NCBI RefSeq assembly: GCF_000143415.4
Contig: NW_003314270.1
Location: forward strand, 248,001 to 312,000
Length of the DNA stretch: 64,000 bases
Reading direction: 5' to 3'
DNA from: Selaginella moellendorffii
Taxonomy: Eukaryota > Plantae > Lycopodiophyta
Part shown: piece by piece, positions 49,601-61,624 of the stretch
How the letters are laid out: every line of letters starts with the position of its first letter
How positions within the stretch are numbered: the stretch's first letter is position 1
Program-made: the position numbers and the translations under genes
Notes under the pieces: model-generated
What the model was told of the DNA's origin: nothing
Seen by the model: only the letters and a program-made list of their open reading frames with translations
Database searches by the model: none

Positions 49601-52600
49601 CAATGAGTTGTAGGACTTGACAGCTATGGGGCAACTAAGCAAAAGGTGCAAAATAATTGGTTAAACGGGTAGAAGGTAGCTACCCATGACTTCTTAATAG
49701 CATAAGGAAGTTAGATATACCCTTATGGGGGATAAAGTGCTTATGTTGCGATATAATAAGTCAATGTCGTAAACGTGTATGCTCATTGTCCGGAGGCCAT
49801 CATTGGGACACCCAAACACTCTAGAACACCAGGAGGTGGTGTTTCGTGTCGCAAGGGCAATAGATAAAGCCCAAGGACTAAGTCCATAGCGAATGATGGA
49901 TAGAAGGTGCTATCCAAATGTCCAAGGTTGTGGAGACACGAGAAGACTGTCTACCCGAATTGGACAAAGCCAAAAATGGAATTTTGGCAAGGCTAGTGAT
50001 GGGCATGTAAAGGCCCATAAGCAGCAACATTAACCCCAGTGTGTGGGATTATAAGGTGAGCATGCCTAAGATTGAGGAACCACTCCCTAGGCTATCAAGT
50101 AGGTTTATCCCTAAGCATACTTGCTAAGGCATAGTAAAATGTGCAAAGCTATCCTCCTAGTTTGGAAGAGAATAACCAAAGGAAACATATGGGGCCAAAA
50201 GGCAAATAGTATTGGGATGGAACCGAACCATAGAAATCGAAGGGCATATCCAATGGTGGTTATGCAAGTTGGGAGTGGAGAATCAAGAGGGTGCTCGAGG
50301 ATGTTGTTGTTAGCAACCTTGATGCTATGGAGAGTCGAAAATATGAAATTGTCTATGTTAAATTATATGGCGATTAGAAAACTTGCGAAAAGGGAGGCCT
50401 AGGCAAGCTAAGGGATAAAATCCCTTCAAGGTTCCTAAAGATGATTCTAGGTAGTTTAGTACCTAGAAAGGCCAAGTGTAAATGGTTCATGGAACGTGCA
50501 AAATCAAAGTGGCGCAGCAGAAGCGTGGTCTTGAAGCTTGCCATGAGGCAAGGCTATCAAGGTTAGGGAAGTAGTTCCCGAGTGTTCAAAGAGAGGGCTT
50601 TGAACGAAAGTCGATGGTCAAGGACTTTCACGCTTATGCAGGAACCATGTTACAGTGGTCGGAGGACTTGCCAAGTGAGATTGGCAAGTCGGGGGAACAA
50701 ATACCCTAGTTGAAGGTGATTACTTCAAAAAGGGTGGGCCATGGGGCCAAACATGGAGGAGTCCATGCATGATCACGGACTTGTCAAGTGAGAGGACTTG
50801 GAAGTGTGGAGGAATTAAGTTCCTAAGCTGTGATCTGTAGCGCGCTTTAAGTGTAAGTTGGTGCACCAACGTGGGGAGTCATGCCAGGCATCTAGGGTGA
50901 TGCCGTCTGTAGATGCATATACGGAGGTTGGGTTCGAGTCCCGACCCTCTAGTGCTTGGGTTCGAGTCCCAAATCGCTAGGGCGTGGTGATGGTTTGGAA
51001 TATGAGGACACTCATATTTCGATGGTCATGGACTCTCAATGAGGAGATTGGCTTGGGCACACCGCCAAGCGGGGGATGCCCCAGAGTCGTGATACACAGT
51101 TAGATTGCTTAGAGTGAAAGCTCGGCATATCTAACTTGAACACTTTGGTGCAAAGGGTACCAAGGACGTGGTGAATGAGATGGGGACACCCAGCCTCAGT
51201 TGCTATGGATCTTTGGCCAGAAGGGCTGGCTTGGGCGCACTGCCAAGTGTGGGGGATGCCCCTGGGGTCATAGTCAACAACTTAGAAGGGTCTGGAAGAC
51301 CTAGTCCCTATTGGTAGACCTATTAAGGGGTCAAGATGAGATCACTAGGTGATCTTGTGGCTAAACAAGGAAAAGGTCTTTGTTTGGGTTAAGGGATATG
51401 ATTCCTAGTTCAAAGTGTTAATTTGAACTACTGATAATGGTGCGGCTTGGTCAAGGTGACTAAGTGGGAAGAGCACCTATGGGAAATGAGTTAGGTCACG
51501 GCTATGACATAGTAAGTCCGAGGAAAGTAGTCTCTATAACAGATCCAAGGGAGGGTCTCAAACGTTGGGCCATGGATAGAGCCCACAGCAGGAAATGCTA
51601 AAGAGACGTACTAGGGGTGAGCACCCTTTGGACTTGGCAAAGTAAAGTCTTTGCTATGGAATCAAGAGGATACCTCGAGAATGGAGGTAATGATCCGATG
51701 TTGTTAGGTACAACAATCAAGGATAGGGATTTTGTGTCTCACAACTCCACCACCCATAGACGAAGTTTGATGTCCTCATCGAACGGTAATCCATTCTATA
51801 AGGTAACACCCACATGTGTTACTATTTCCACCCTTGGCACCTAGCCAATATTTGTCAATGGTTTGACATTGAAGGCTCACCATGCCTTCTCCATATTCGT
51901 CAATGGTTTGACACCAAAGGCTCACCACACCTGCCCATCCTCTAAGGAGCATAGTCTTTCCAACATGGAGACTTATTCGACNNNNNNNNNNNNNNNNNNN
52001 NNNNNNNNNNNNNNNNNNNNNNNNNNNNNNNNNNNNNNNNNNNNNNNNNNNNNNNNNNNNNNNNNNNNNNNNNNNNNNNNNACTCTAACCACATGCCTTC
52101 CAGCTTAGGCTATGCCATTTCCATTTCGTTGGGATTCCTTGGCAAGGGGTTTTATGGATACCACCAACATAGCCCTAAGGTATCTCATAGGGGTTTGACG
52201 CATCCTTGAGTATGAGTAGTTGGAATCAAGCGAGAAAGTAGGTCTCTACTTGGTTTAGCGAGAAATGACTCAATAAATGGGAGCAATCCACCACAGGTGG
52301 TAGAATAAGTCTTCATGTTGGAAAGACTATGCTCCTTAGAGGATGGGCAAGGTGTGGTGAGCCTTTGGTGTCAAACCATTGACGAATATGGAGAAGGCAT
52401 GGTGAGCCTTCAATGTCAAACCATTGACAAATATTGGCTAGGTGCCAAGGGTGGAAATAGTAACACATGTGGGTGTTACCTTATAGAATGGATTACCATT
52501 CGATGAGGACATCAAACTTCGTCTATGGGTGGTGGAGTTGTGAGACGCAAAACCCCTAGGCCCCAAAGTGGAGCTGGAAAGGGTGCCATGTGGTAGTGGC

Positions 52601-54159
52601 CGAAGCGAAAGCCAAATGAGCGTAACACGTTTGGACTAAAAGCTCCGACTTGGAAAGTCGAGAGCGGGAGTGAAACTCCCAACAAAGTGCTCGAGGAACA
52701 AGCATGAAGCGAGCAATAAGTGAGGCTCCAAAAAGGGACCCAAAAGGACCAACACATGACACGTGGAAGTGTCCGAGATGGAGTCCGAGATGGACCAAGA
52801 CGGAGTCCGAGATGGAGTCCAAGGTGGAGTCCGAGGTGGAGTCCGAGATGGAGTCCGAGATGGACCAAGACGGAGTTCGAGATGGACCGAGACAGAGTCC
52901 GAGATGGAGTCCAAGGTGGAGTTCGAGATGGAGTCCGAGATGGAGTCCGAAGTGGAGTCCGAGATGCAGTCCGAGATGGAGTCTGAGGTGGAGTCCAAGA
53001 TGGAGTCCGAGATGGACCGAGACGGAGTCCGAGATGGAGTCCGAGATAGACCGAGACGGAGTCCGAGATGGACCCGAGATGGAATCCGAGATGGAGTCCG
53101 AGAAGGACCCGAGATGGAGTCCGAGGTCTAGACCGAGACCAGGACCGAGACCGGGACCGAGACCGAGACCGAGACCGGGACCGAGACCGAGACCAAGGCG
53201 GAGGCCGAGAGCGAGTCCGAGTCCGAGTCCGAGTCCGAGTCTAAGAGCGTGAAAGCCCAAAGCGTTCGTCTCCCAGACCCTGGGGGGTTTGGTGAGCTCC
53301 AATTGGGTGATGAACTGACCACTGGGAAGTCCAAGACTAGAGTGAATACGGACCGACAAGCGGGGTAGCTTGGTGAAGTGTTCAAGAGCCGGCTCTAGTT
53401 CCCCCGGGAGATCGACTGGCCGATGCTCCCAGTCCAAGTGTGGGTGGCACTACCTACTTAGATACCAGGTGTGGCTCAACGGAACCTCGCTCTAAGCCCA
53501 TGGCTAGAGCACCCAAAGGCGGAAGGCGGGGAGAGTACCCTGGTGGCTCGCGTAAGGCCACGGTGTTCTGAAGTGTTGTCCCAAAGTCCCAGACTGTGGA
53601 AAGGAAAAGGAGTAGTCCTTTGGTGTGGTGGCCAAGGATACGGTCACGTGGTGAGGAAGTCCCAGAGGACCATGGGATTTAGTGGTCAGGCATGTGGGCC
53701 TCGATCTAGTGGCAGTCTTGGCACACACGGCCAAGGGCAGAAAGGGACTTAGTGGGGACAGACAGAGGGATATTGGGGAAGGCTGTTCCCCTTGTCGGTG
53801 GGCATCCTAAGGATGCTAAGGAGTGGATCTAGAATGACCACTCACGGATGGTTGGCTCAGTCTTGGAGAGACAAGACTGTGTTGCAAGTGGTATTGGACT
53901 ACCGGTGCGGCAAAGGTGATTGGGCATGGCCTTAGCGTAACAGGCTGCTATGTCAGTGGTACCTTTGAGTGTCGGTCATGGGATCAGACATGTGGAGCAC
54001 TTGGACCAGGTGCAAAGGTGGAGTGGCATGGATGCCACTCTTGGGGCTAGCAAGTCCCAAGTCCTGAATTGGACTATGGAGGTTGTGAATGAGACTCCTC
54101 CAAGTGGTCAAAGGTGTGGTTAAGTGACTAAAGTAGAATGGAAAAATTAGTCGCTTACA
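46667..54159 (+). mobile_element. Family B element B2 inserted in the 5' LTR of B1; LTRs 46667-48384 and 52539-54159
   Basis: TSD CACAC; PBS TGGTATCAGAGC at 48388; PPT before 52539; the internal region is the reverse complement of B1's, plus an extra ~0.75 kb. Confidence 0.92.
51982..52081. other. Assembly gap (100 N) with locally inverted flanks
   Basis: N run; 51727-51981 mirrors ~52310-52560. Confidence 1.
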
Positions 54160-55807
54160 CACACCTCCAACCACTTGGAGGAGTCTCACTCACAACCTCC
54201 ATAAGTCCTATTTCAGACTTGGGCTTGCTAGCCTCGAGAATGGCATCCCCACCACTCAACCCTTGCACTCGGCCTAAGTGCTCCACGTGTCCGATCCCAT
54301 GACCGACACCACAAGGTACCACCGACATATCAGCCTATTACACTAAGGCCATGCCCATTCACCTTGGTCACACCGGTGGTCCAACATCACCTCCATCACA
54401 GTCCCCTCTCTCAAAGACCAGGCCATCTGTTCATGAGTGATCATCCCAGATCCACTCTTTAGCATCCTTAGGATGCCCATAGACATGGGGAATAGCCTTC
54501 CCCAATATCCCTTTTCCGGTCCCCACCAAGTCCCTTTTGGTCCATGGCCGTGTTCGCCAACACTACCATTGGGTCGAGGCCCACAGGCCCGACCACCAAG
54601 TCCCACGGACCTCTGGGACTTCCTCAGCACCCAACTATATCCTTGGTCACTATACCAGAGGACTACTCCTCTTCCTTTCCACAGTCTAGGCCTTTGGGAC
54701 AACATTTCAGAACACTGTGGCCTTACGCGAGCCTCGTGGGTACTCTTCCCGCTTTCCACCTTTAGGTGCTCTAACCATGGGCTTAGAGCAAGGTTCCGTT
54801 GAGCCATGTCTGGTATCCAAGTAGGTAGTGCCACCCACACTTGGACTGGGAGCATCGGCCAAATGATCTCCCGGGGGAACTAGAGCCAGCTCTTGAACAC
54901 TTCACCAAGCTACCCCACTTGTTGGTCCGTGTTCACTCTAGTCTTGGACTTCCTAGTGGGCAACTCATCACCCAACACTGGGTACAGCGTTCCTGGGCCA
55001 AACTGGCCTTTCCTGGCCAAATTGGCTCCACTACAGTCCTCCCCCTTACTATACTTTTGGAGCTCACCAAACCCCCTAGGGTCTGGGAGACGAACGCTTT
55101 GGGCTTTCACCCTCTCAGACTTGAACTCGGACTCAGACTCGGACTCAGACTCGGACTCAGACTCAGGCTTAGGCTCGGTCTCGGCCTTGGCCTTGGTCTC
55201 GATCTCGGTCTCAGTCTCGGTCTCGGTCTCGGTCCTAGTCCCGGTCCCAGTCCCGGTCTCGGTCTCGGTCTCAGTCCCGGTCCCGGTCCCGGTCTCGGTC
55301 TCAGTCTCGACCTCGGACTCCATCTTGGGTCCTTCTTGGACTCCATCTCGGACTTCGTCTTAGTCCATCTCAGACTCCATCTCGGGTCCATCTCGGACTC
55401 CATCTCGGACTCTGTCTTAGTCCATCTCGGACTTTGTCTCGGTCCATCTCAGACTCCATCTCAGTCCATCTCGGACTCCATCTCGGACTCCATCTCGGTC
55501 CATCTCGGACTCCATCTTGGACTTCATCTCGGACTCCACCTTGGACTCCAACACTGGTCCATCTCAGACACTTCTACGTGTCATGTGTTGGTCCTTTTGG
55601 GTCCCTTTTTGGAGCCTCGCTTATTGTTCGCTTCATGCTTGTTCCTCGAGCACTTTGTTGGGAGTTCCACTCTCGCTCTTGACCTTTCAAGTCGGAGCTT
55701 TTCGTCCAAATGTGTTATGCTTGTTTGGCTTTCGCTTCGGCGACTACCATGTGGCGCCCTTTCGGCTCCATTTTGGGGCTTAGGGATTTTGTGTCTCACA
55801 ACTGGAT

Positions 55808-56361
55808 TATAAGCAACTAAAGGGAATGACTCGAAAGACGGTCTATGAGGTTCAAATATAGAGGGAAAGGGCCCATGAACAAGAGTGCACCCCTTTTTCT
55901 AATTGGTTAAGGGTCTTGGGATATTTGGGGTTAAGCGTCCTTGGGTTTGAATAGTACTGGGTTGGGTGACCTCCCGAGAAGTTCAAATTGAGAAGCTTAC
56001 ATTTGGTATCAGAGCAGCCTTGAGTCCGACTCTATTGGTTGGATAAGGGAATCGCACCACATGTTGATTGACATCTGGCTAGTCCAATTTGCTCCCGCTG
56101 GGCTTGACCCGAGGGGTTCTCAGCTTCCATTCACGAGGGCGTGAACTTGCAGGGAAGCGTGGTGGATTGTAAGCAACCAAAGGGAACGACTCAAAAGACG
56201 GTCCATGAGGTTCAAATATAGAGGGAAAGGGCCCATGAACAAGAGTGCACCCTCTTTTTCAATCGGTTAAAGATATTGGGATATTTGGGGTTAAGCATCC
56301 TTGGGTTTGAATAGTACTGGGCTGGGTGACCTTCTGGGAAGTCCAAATTCAGGAGCTTACA
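55808..56361 (+). mobile_element. Cassandra-type TRIM fused to B1 (LTRs 55808-56001 and 56168-56361)
   Basis: PBS at ~56004, PPT before 56168 and 5S block. No TSD of its own; its right flank AACGT equals B1's left flank. Confidence 0.92.
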
Positions 56362-57849
56362 AACGTTTTGTTAATGCTGCTGCAGTGGAAAGTCTAGACA
56401 CCAAGATGTTTTCGAGAAACAAGAAGTCACATGAGCAATAGAGGGACTTTGTGGGAATAAGTTAATGACTTCTTCATCTTTCTTTCAGAAGTATCATCAA
56501 GAGGTTCACTTAGCACCAGTTCATCCAATATGTACTTTCTAATTTCATTTTTTTAACAAGAGGCTTTTTATTTTTCTTTTCGTGTTAGTTGATACAAACT
56601 CAAGTTTATTTTCTATTGGTCGGCCTATTGCCACACATTGCCATCTATATTTGCATCATGTAGTAAGGCAATAATCGTACACATGCATATGCATGGGATG
56701 AGGCAGACTTGGTTATGCGTGTGGGTGATCTCGAGCTTGAATTGTAGTTATTGTGGGTGGTGCTAAGTCAAGTTTTTAACCTTTATCCTTGGTATGGATT
56801 GATTGTGGTGCAACTATGTCAAATATGACTCTAAGGTTCTCCATTTTATATTATACTTTCTTATATTTCTTCCATTCTTCTCATTTTTGTTCATTTTCAT
56901 CCTTTTGTTTCTACCTTCCATCACTTTTGTCTCCTCATTACTTCCTTCTATGTTTCCACCATCCAGAGGGTAGCCAATGGATTTTATTCCTCTCTTCCCT
57001 TTTTCAATCCTTCTGATGGTCTTTGTGTTGTAATGGTTAACTACCTCATGAAGGAGTATGTTGATCTCTTTGAATTTGACCTATCATCTGGGGTTAAGAT
57101 TGCAACACATCATCCTATTCTAATAGGGGATGTTCACCAAATCAAATTTTTTGTTCATCATTAGTCACCCAAAGAAATTAAGATTTTATATGTAAACGTT
57201 AAGGAAATGTTAGAAAAGAGTGTTATTCGAAAATCATGGAGTCTTGAGGCATATGAATTTCATCTTGTGATGAAGTTTGACGAGAGTATTTATTTTGGCA
57301 TTGACTATCATTTGTTAAAAGAAATGACGATCCCAGATGTGTACCCTTTTCCTCACACTATTGATTTCTTGGATTGTCTAGGGAAAAGTCGTTGGTTCAC
57401 GAAATTAGATCTTGTTTCTAGGTACTAGTAAGTACCGATAACTGAAGATGATATTTCTAAGGTTGTTTTTTGTACACTATTTGGTTTATACGAGTTTTTG
57501 GTGATGCTATTTTGTTTGAATAATGATCTAATAACTTTCTAGCGGATGATGGATGAGGTTCTTTGCGATATGCTAAAGGTAACTATTGACTTCATTGATA
57601 ATGTTTTGATCCACTCGAAGAGGATATGAGAAGAACTCATCCATGATGTTCATAAAATATTAAATTAACTTCAGAAAATTAGTTTAAAATTGAAGTGGTT
57701 GAAATGTGTGTTTGGGTCCAAAGATATAAATTATCTTGGGTACTGTATTTCTTGTAAGGTTTGCAAGTTGATCATAACAAATTTGTGACTGTTCTAGATA
57801 CTCGTGTTCAAGACGGTGCAAATTTTATCAATTGTATAGGCTCACTTAC

Positions 57850-58700
57850 TCATCATTTTCTTTTGACAATTTCAAGGTTCTCATTTGGTTTTATTACAAA
57901 TTAAATTCTAAGATCATTTAAAGTTAATCCCATCATTTTGTGATGGTTTTGACCAAGAGATTATATCAATGTTGTAACTAATAAACATTCCATCAAATCT
58001 TTAAAATTACATGTATTGTTTTTATAACTTGGCCTTTAATATAAAAGTGTATGAAGGTTTATTATAGAATAGAGATGACCACATCATTCTAGCAAGCTTC
58101 ATATTAATGCATTTAGAGCAACTTGTTTTCAATAGCCACTTTATATGGTAACTTTCAGTAAGATTTATTGTTAACACTCGGGTAACAAGTATTTTAAAAC
58201 TCATTTACTAAAGAAAGAGAATTAATAAAGAAATCAATGCAAGTAGTTCCTTATCTGAGAAAAATTAAAATCTTTAATGTGAAAAATGACTAAACCATCA
58301 TGTTAGCTAAGTCTATACTTCTAAACTTTTATTCTGTGTAAACATTACCTTCAACCCACAACAAATGTTTAAACTTGTATTTCTTCTTTGCATCTTTTAA
58401 AGTGCTGATACCTTTTAAACTTTAGCACAACCACTTGTGCTTATTATAGTATTTAATGCATTTTTTTTAAAGTGTTCATGTAAATTTTATTCTCAATAGA
58501 GTTTCTTAGATGATTAAAACCTTATCTATACCGCTATTATAGACAATTCTAATTCCTCCTCAATTTGTTTGTGCTTTGTTCTTCATGAAACTGTAAATCA
58601 TTAGTGGTGTTGAAGATGTTATTCCAACTTGGTATATGTTGTTTAGTAGTGTTCAAAAAAGAATTTAAAATAACATTTCTCTCAAATAATTATCACCATC
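57850..58700 (-). mobile_element. Possible Mutator-like transposase remnant in AT-rich DNA
   Basis: The only clue is the peptide TINLTESYHIKW, resembling the TNN.ES.H motif of MULE transposases. Confidence 0.25.
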
Positions 58701-59898
58701 AAGGATTATGTTTATAAAAATATTTTCTAGTAATAAGAGAGTTGACAAGAATAATCTGATACACTAAAGAATATTCTATTAAAGTTTTAGCTGCAATATT
58801 TTTATTAAATAGATATTTAAATAAATTATTAATTTAAGTATCTAATATTTTTGGGAGTTACTATTTGAATAAATTATTATTTTAATATTTAATAATTAGT
58901 ATTTATACTAATTTTTAAGTTATATATTTATATTAAGCTTTTAATTATTACTATAAAGTCCCTTTGAGTGTAATTATATGAAATGCCAGTGTAATTTATA
59001 GATAAAGTTTATTTTAATTTCAAACACAATAGCAATATCTATTTTTTTTCACCTCATGTTTAGACATTATGATGAATCCAAAGTTTAACATTTGGATCCA
59101 TCTTATGCAATGGATGAAATATTTTAGAATTTTAATGTTTAAAGAATTATATGTAATTGCAACTTGGGAATTGGTTGATTATGATGTTGTAAAGCTTCTC
59201 ATTTATAGTATCACTTCCATAACTACAAATTATATACTCTTGTTGATGGTATTACTGCTTGATGTTGATATTTAACTATAATATCTTTGAGTATTGTTTT
59301 TTCTTCCTTTGACCAAGTATTTATAATATTTATATATTTTTTATTTCATATTTTTAATATAAATCAAGAAAGATTTAAAGAACTTGAATCGTAATTATAA
59401 ATTTTGTATATTTGTACAGAGCATGGTTGAAAGAAGAATATAACATCTAATCAACAACAAAATCTCAGAGAAACTTAAGTCCCAAGTTTTAATATGGGTT
59501 TAATCAAAGAAGTTTTAGAAAAAAAGTTCTATATACTAATGTAAATAGGTTTGTGAATAAGCTTGTATAGGTTGAAAGTGACCAAACACTATAGACCTAT
59601 AATTGGTTTGCTTAAGCAAACCTAACAGTATTGAATATACTGAAAATATTCTTGGAGATTTTAGGATATTTTAAAATCTAATAGTTGTTGCTCATTTAGA
59701 TTAATATTTTTAATTATAAATTATAAACTCTCCTAAACACTTTATAGTATATTCTTGTTTATTCTACTATTGATATGCAATAATATTAATCTTAAATATG
59801 TTTATAACTATTGATCAATTAAATTACTCAATGAATGGCAAATTAATTAAGAGATAAGTATTGTCTCTCATATTTTTTATCTCTTCACCATAAGATCC

Positions 59899-60300
59899 TT
59901 ACGTCTTTTCATTCAGGTACCATCTTTGTTTGGGTTTCATTGACGGCTCCATCAACCTTGCATCACACTCTTTCCTTGCAATGTTTACCGACCTCCCGAG
60001 GAAAGCTTTTCTCTCATTGAGCAAGTGCACTGAGTAGTGGATTCCGTCCAGATTTCTCTCCCAGATCTGCAAGTGGAGCCTCTTCTCTGCTAAGTCGCCG
60101 CATGCCTTGAGCGCCACCATGAAAGTCTGAGCGTTTGGCTGCCAGCTTGCTCGTAGCACTGAAGAGCAAAGGTTGTTCTCGGCAAATCCCAGGAAATGAT
60201 GGTTTGCTGCTCCATGCAAAGTCTCAGCGTTTGGAGGCAGGCCAGCTTCTTGTTGCATCTGATAGAAGACGTGCATGTTCGTGTTCCAGGCAACCAACGT
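59899..60300 (-). pseudogene. PPR gene remnant
   Basis: VAWNT, FYQMQQEAGLPPNAET and QPNAQTFMVALKACGDLA; too short and deleted. Confidence 0.65.
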
Positions 60301-60883
60301 CGTGTTTCTTCGTCCTCCAGAACACTTCTGATGCTTCCACGTGACGAATGCATCGGCTTCCTATTCACAATTTGCGAGGTAGACCAACCTATCCTGTTCT
60401 TCGTCCCATCCTGTCGAACAACCTGTGTTGCAAGCCGCAGTGTAGACTTCGACCAAACTTCCACAGTTTTGTACTTGCTTGATTCCTGGCTTATGATGCT
60501 CTTGACTGTTGCGAAACTTATCTGGCCGCTATGCCCTGCTCTGCTTCTTCTCATCGAAGTTGAGATTTGAGCGCCTGCAAGAACAGAGAGCAAAAGTAGT
60601 TTCTCAAACCTTTCTTCTCAAGCAGCTTCTCTGGCCTTTGGAGGTGCACTAACGTCTGCTCCCCCGTCACCTCTAGAGGATAGCTCAGACAAATCGAAAC
60701 TTGGTAGGTTCTTGCTCTATTTTCCAGTCCATGTTCCGAGCCAGCTGTGCAATAGTCGACCCTTGTATGTGATCTCTGGGTGAGATCACCATCCGTCCTG
60801 CTGTCTTCTTGCTCAGCAACTTCATCTCCTTGAAGATTGTTTGTACACAATCTTCCATGTGACAACGCATGCACTGTGCTGAC

Positions 60884-61624
60884 TTATGCGTCACTGCCAG
60901 TGTTGGCAGGACACTTTGAGGAGAATCCCAGAGTGCCATTGCTGTGACGAGCGTGAGCTTCCAGCTGTTTCTTTTCAGTCGGAGAATCGTCCACCACAAC
61001 TTCGATCTGCCGCCCGGGATCCTGAAAGATCGCATTACTGCGCTGCTTCCTTCGAGATAACATCCATCGCATGAGCAAAAAGCACGCGAGCAGCACCAAG
61101 ATCGCAACCAAAACCCAGAGAAGAAGCTGGAGCAGCGACCACGGCGTCCTCCGAACCACTGTAACTACTGCTGCGGGTGTTGGTGTGGCCACTGCTGCGT
61201 CGTGACCGTCGCGACGGTGGTGGTGGTGGTGGTGGTTGTGGCGTCCTCCATGGTGGTGACCATGGTGATGGTGGTGAACAACCAGAGGAGCTCCATCACC
61301 GTGATGATGATGGTACACCGCTGCTGCTGGAGCTGGATCGTGGTGGCGAGCATGATCAAGGATAGCAGGCGCTGGAGCCAGATGAGCAGGGTGGCCGCGA
61401 GCAGGGTGAACGAAAGCAGCTGGCGCTGGGGCTTGAACTGGAGCGTCACCTTGAAGAACTGGAGCTAAAGCTGGCGCTGGCTCGTGGCCTGCTCGAGGAT
61501 AGTGCCCATGGTGGTGTGCTCGATGTGCTGGAGCTAGACCTGGAGCTCGCGGGTGATGGGCGCCATGCCAGGGCGCTGGAGCTCGGCGGGCAAGCGTTGG
61601 GGCGGCGTGAGCGCGGGAGACCAT
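60884..61624 (-). CDS. His/Pro/Ala-rich single-pass membrane protein (AGP/HRGP-like ectodomain)
   Basis: Repeated APAP motifs and poly-His tracts, then a hydrophobic helix (LLQLLLWVLVAILVLLACFLLM) followed by basic RRKQR. Confidence 0.6.
   Translation of the reverse strand: MVSRAHAAPTLARRAPAPWHGAHHPRAPGLAPAHRAHHHGHYPRAGHEPAPALAPVLQGDAPVQAPAPAAFVHPARGHPAHLAPAPAILDHARHHDPAPAAAVYHHHHGDGAPLVVHHHHHGHHHGGRHNHHHHHHRRDGHDAAVATPTPAAVVTVVRRTPWSLLQLLLWVLVAILVLLACFLLMRWMLSRRKQRSNAIFQDPGRQIEVVVDDSPTEKKQLEAHARHSNGTLGFSSKCPANTGSDA

Larger units (their letters stand above)
39705..55800 (-). mobile_element. Family B element B1 (non-coding, LARD-like); 3' LTR 39705-41060, 5' LTR split 46621-46666 + 54165-55800
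   Basis: LTR sense TGTGAGACAC...GTCGCTTACA; PBS TGGTATCGGAGC at ~46606-46617; PPT GGGTGGTGGAGT at ~41061-41072; ~3.3 kb internal region with no recognisable intact retroelement ORF. Confidence 0.88.
30718..57800 (+). mobile_element. Family A Ty3/gypsy copy 2, host of the nest; segments 30718-31221, 38620-39704 and 56362-~57800
   Basis: The segments join collinearly with copy 1 once the inserts are removed. Internally deleted LTR at 30718-30794, PBS-like at 30796; leader/gag start duplicated at ~38740-39210; RT remnant at ~57200-57790. Confidence 0.85.

Noticed and set aside
49850-50050. Vestigial RT in the family B internal region
   Set aside because: Only a faint resemblance (EDCLPELDKAK); not distinguishable from chance by eye.
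51727-52200. Internal inversion in B2
   Set aside because: Both inverted pieces abut the 100-N gap, so misassembly is the simpler explanation.
39705-55800. Retrozyme (hammerhead ribozyme in non-autonomous LTRs)
   Set aside because: No CTGATGA...GAAA core found by eye in B, C or Cassandra LTRs; a covariance search would be needed to exclude variants.
40640-55812. Long RS-, GL-, MESE- and SD-rich ORFs (e.g. 41093-42175, 46684-47661, 54841-55812)
   Set aside because: Stop-free by-products of 6/12-mer arrays inside LTRs; open in many frames on both strands.
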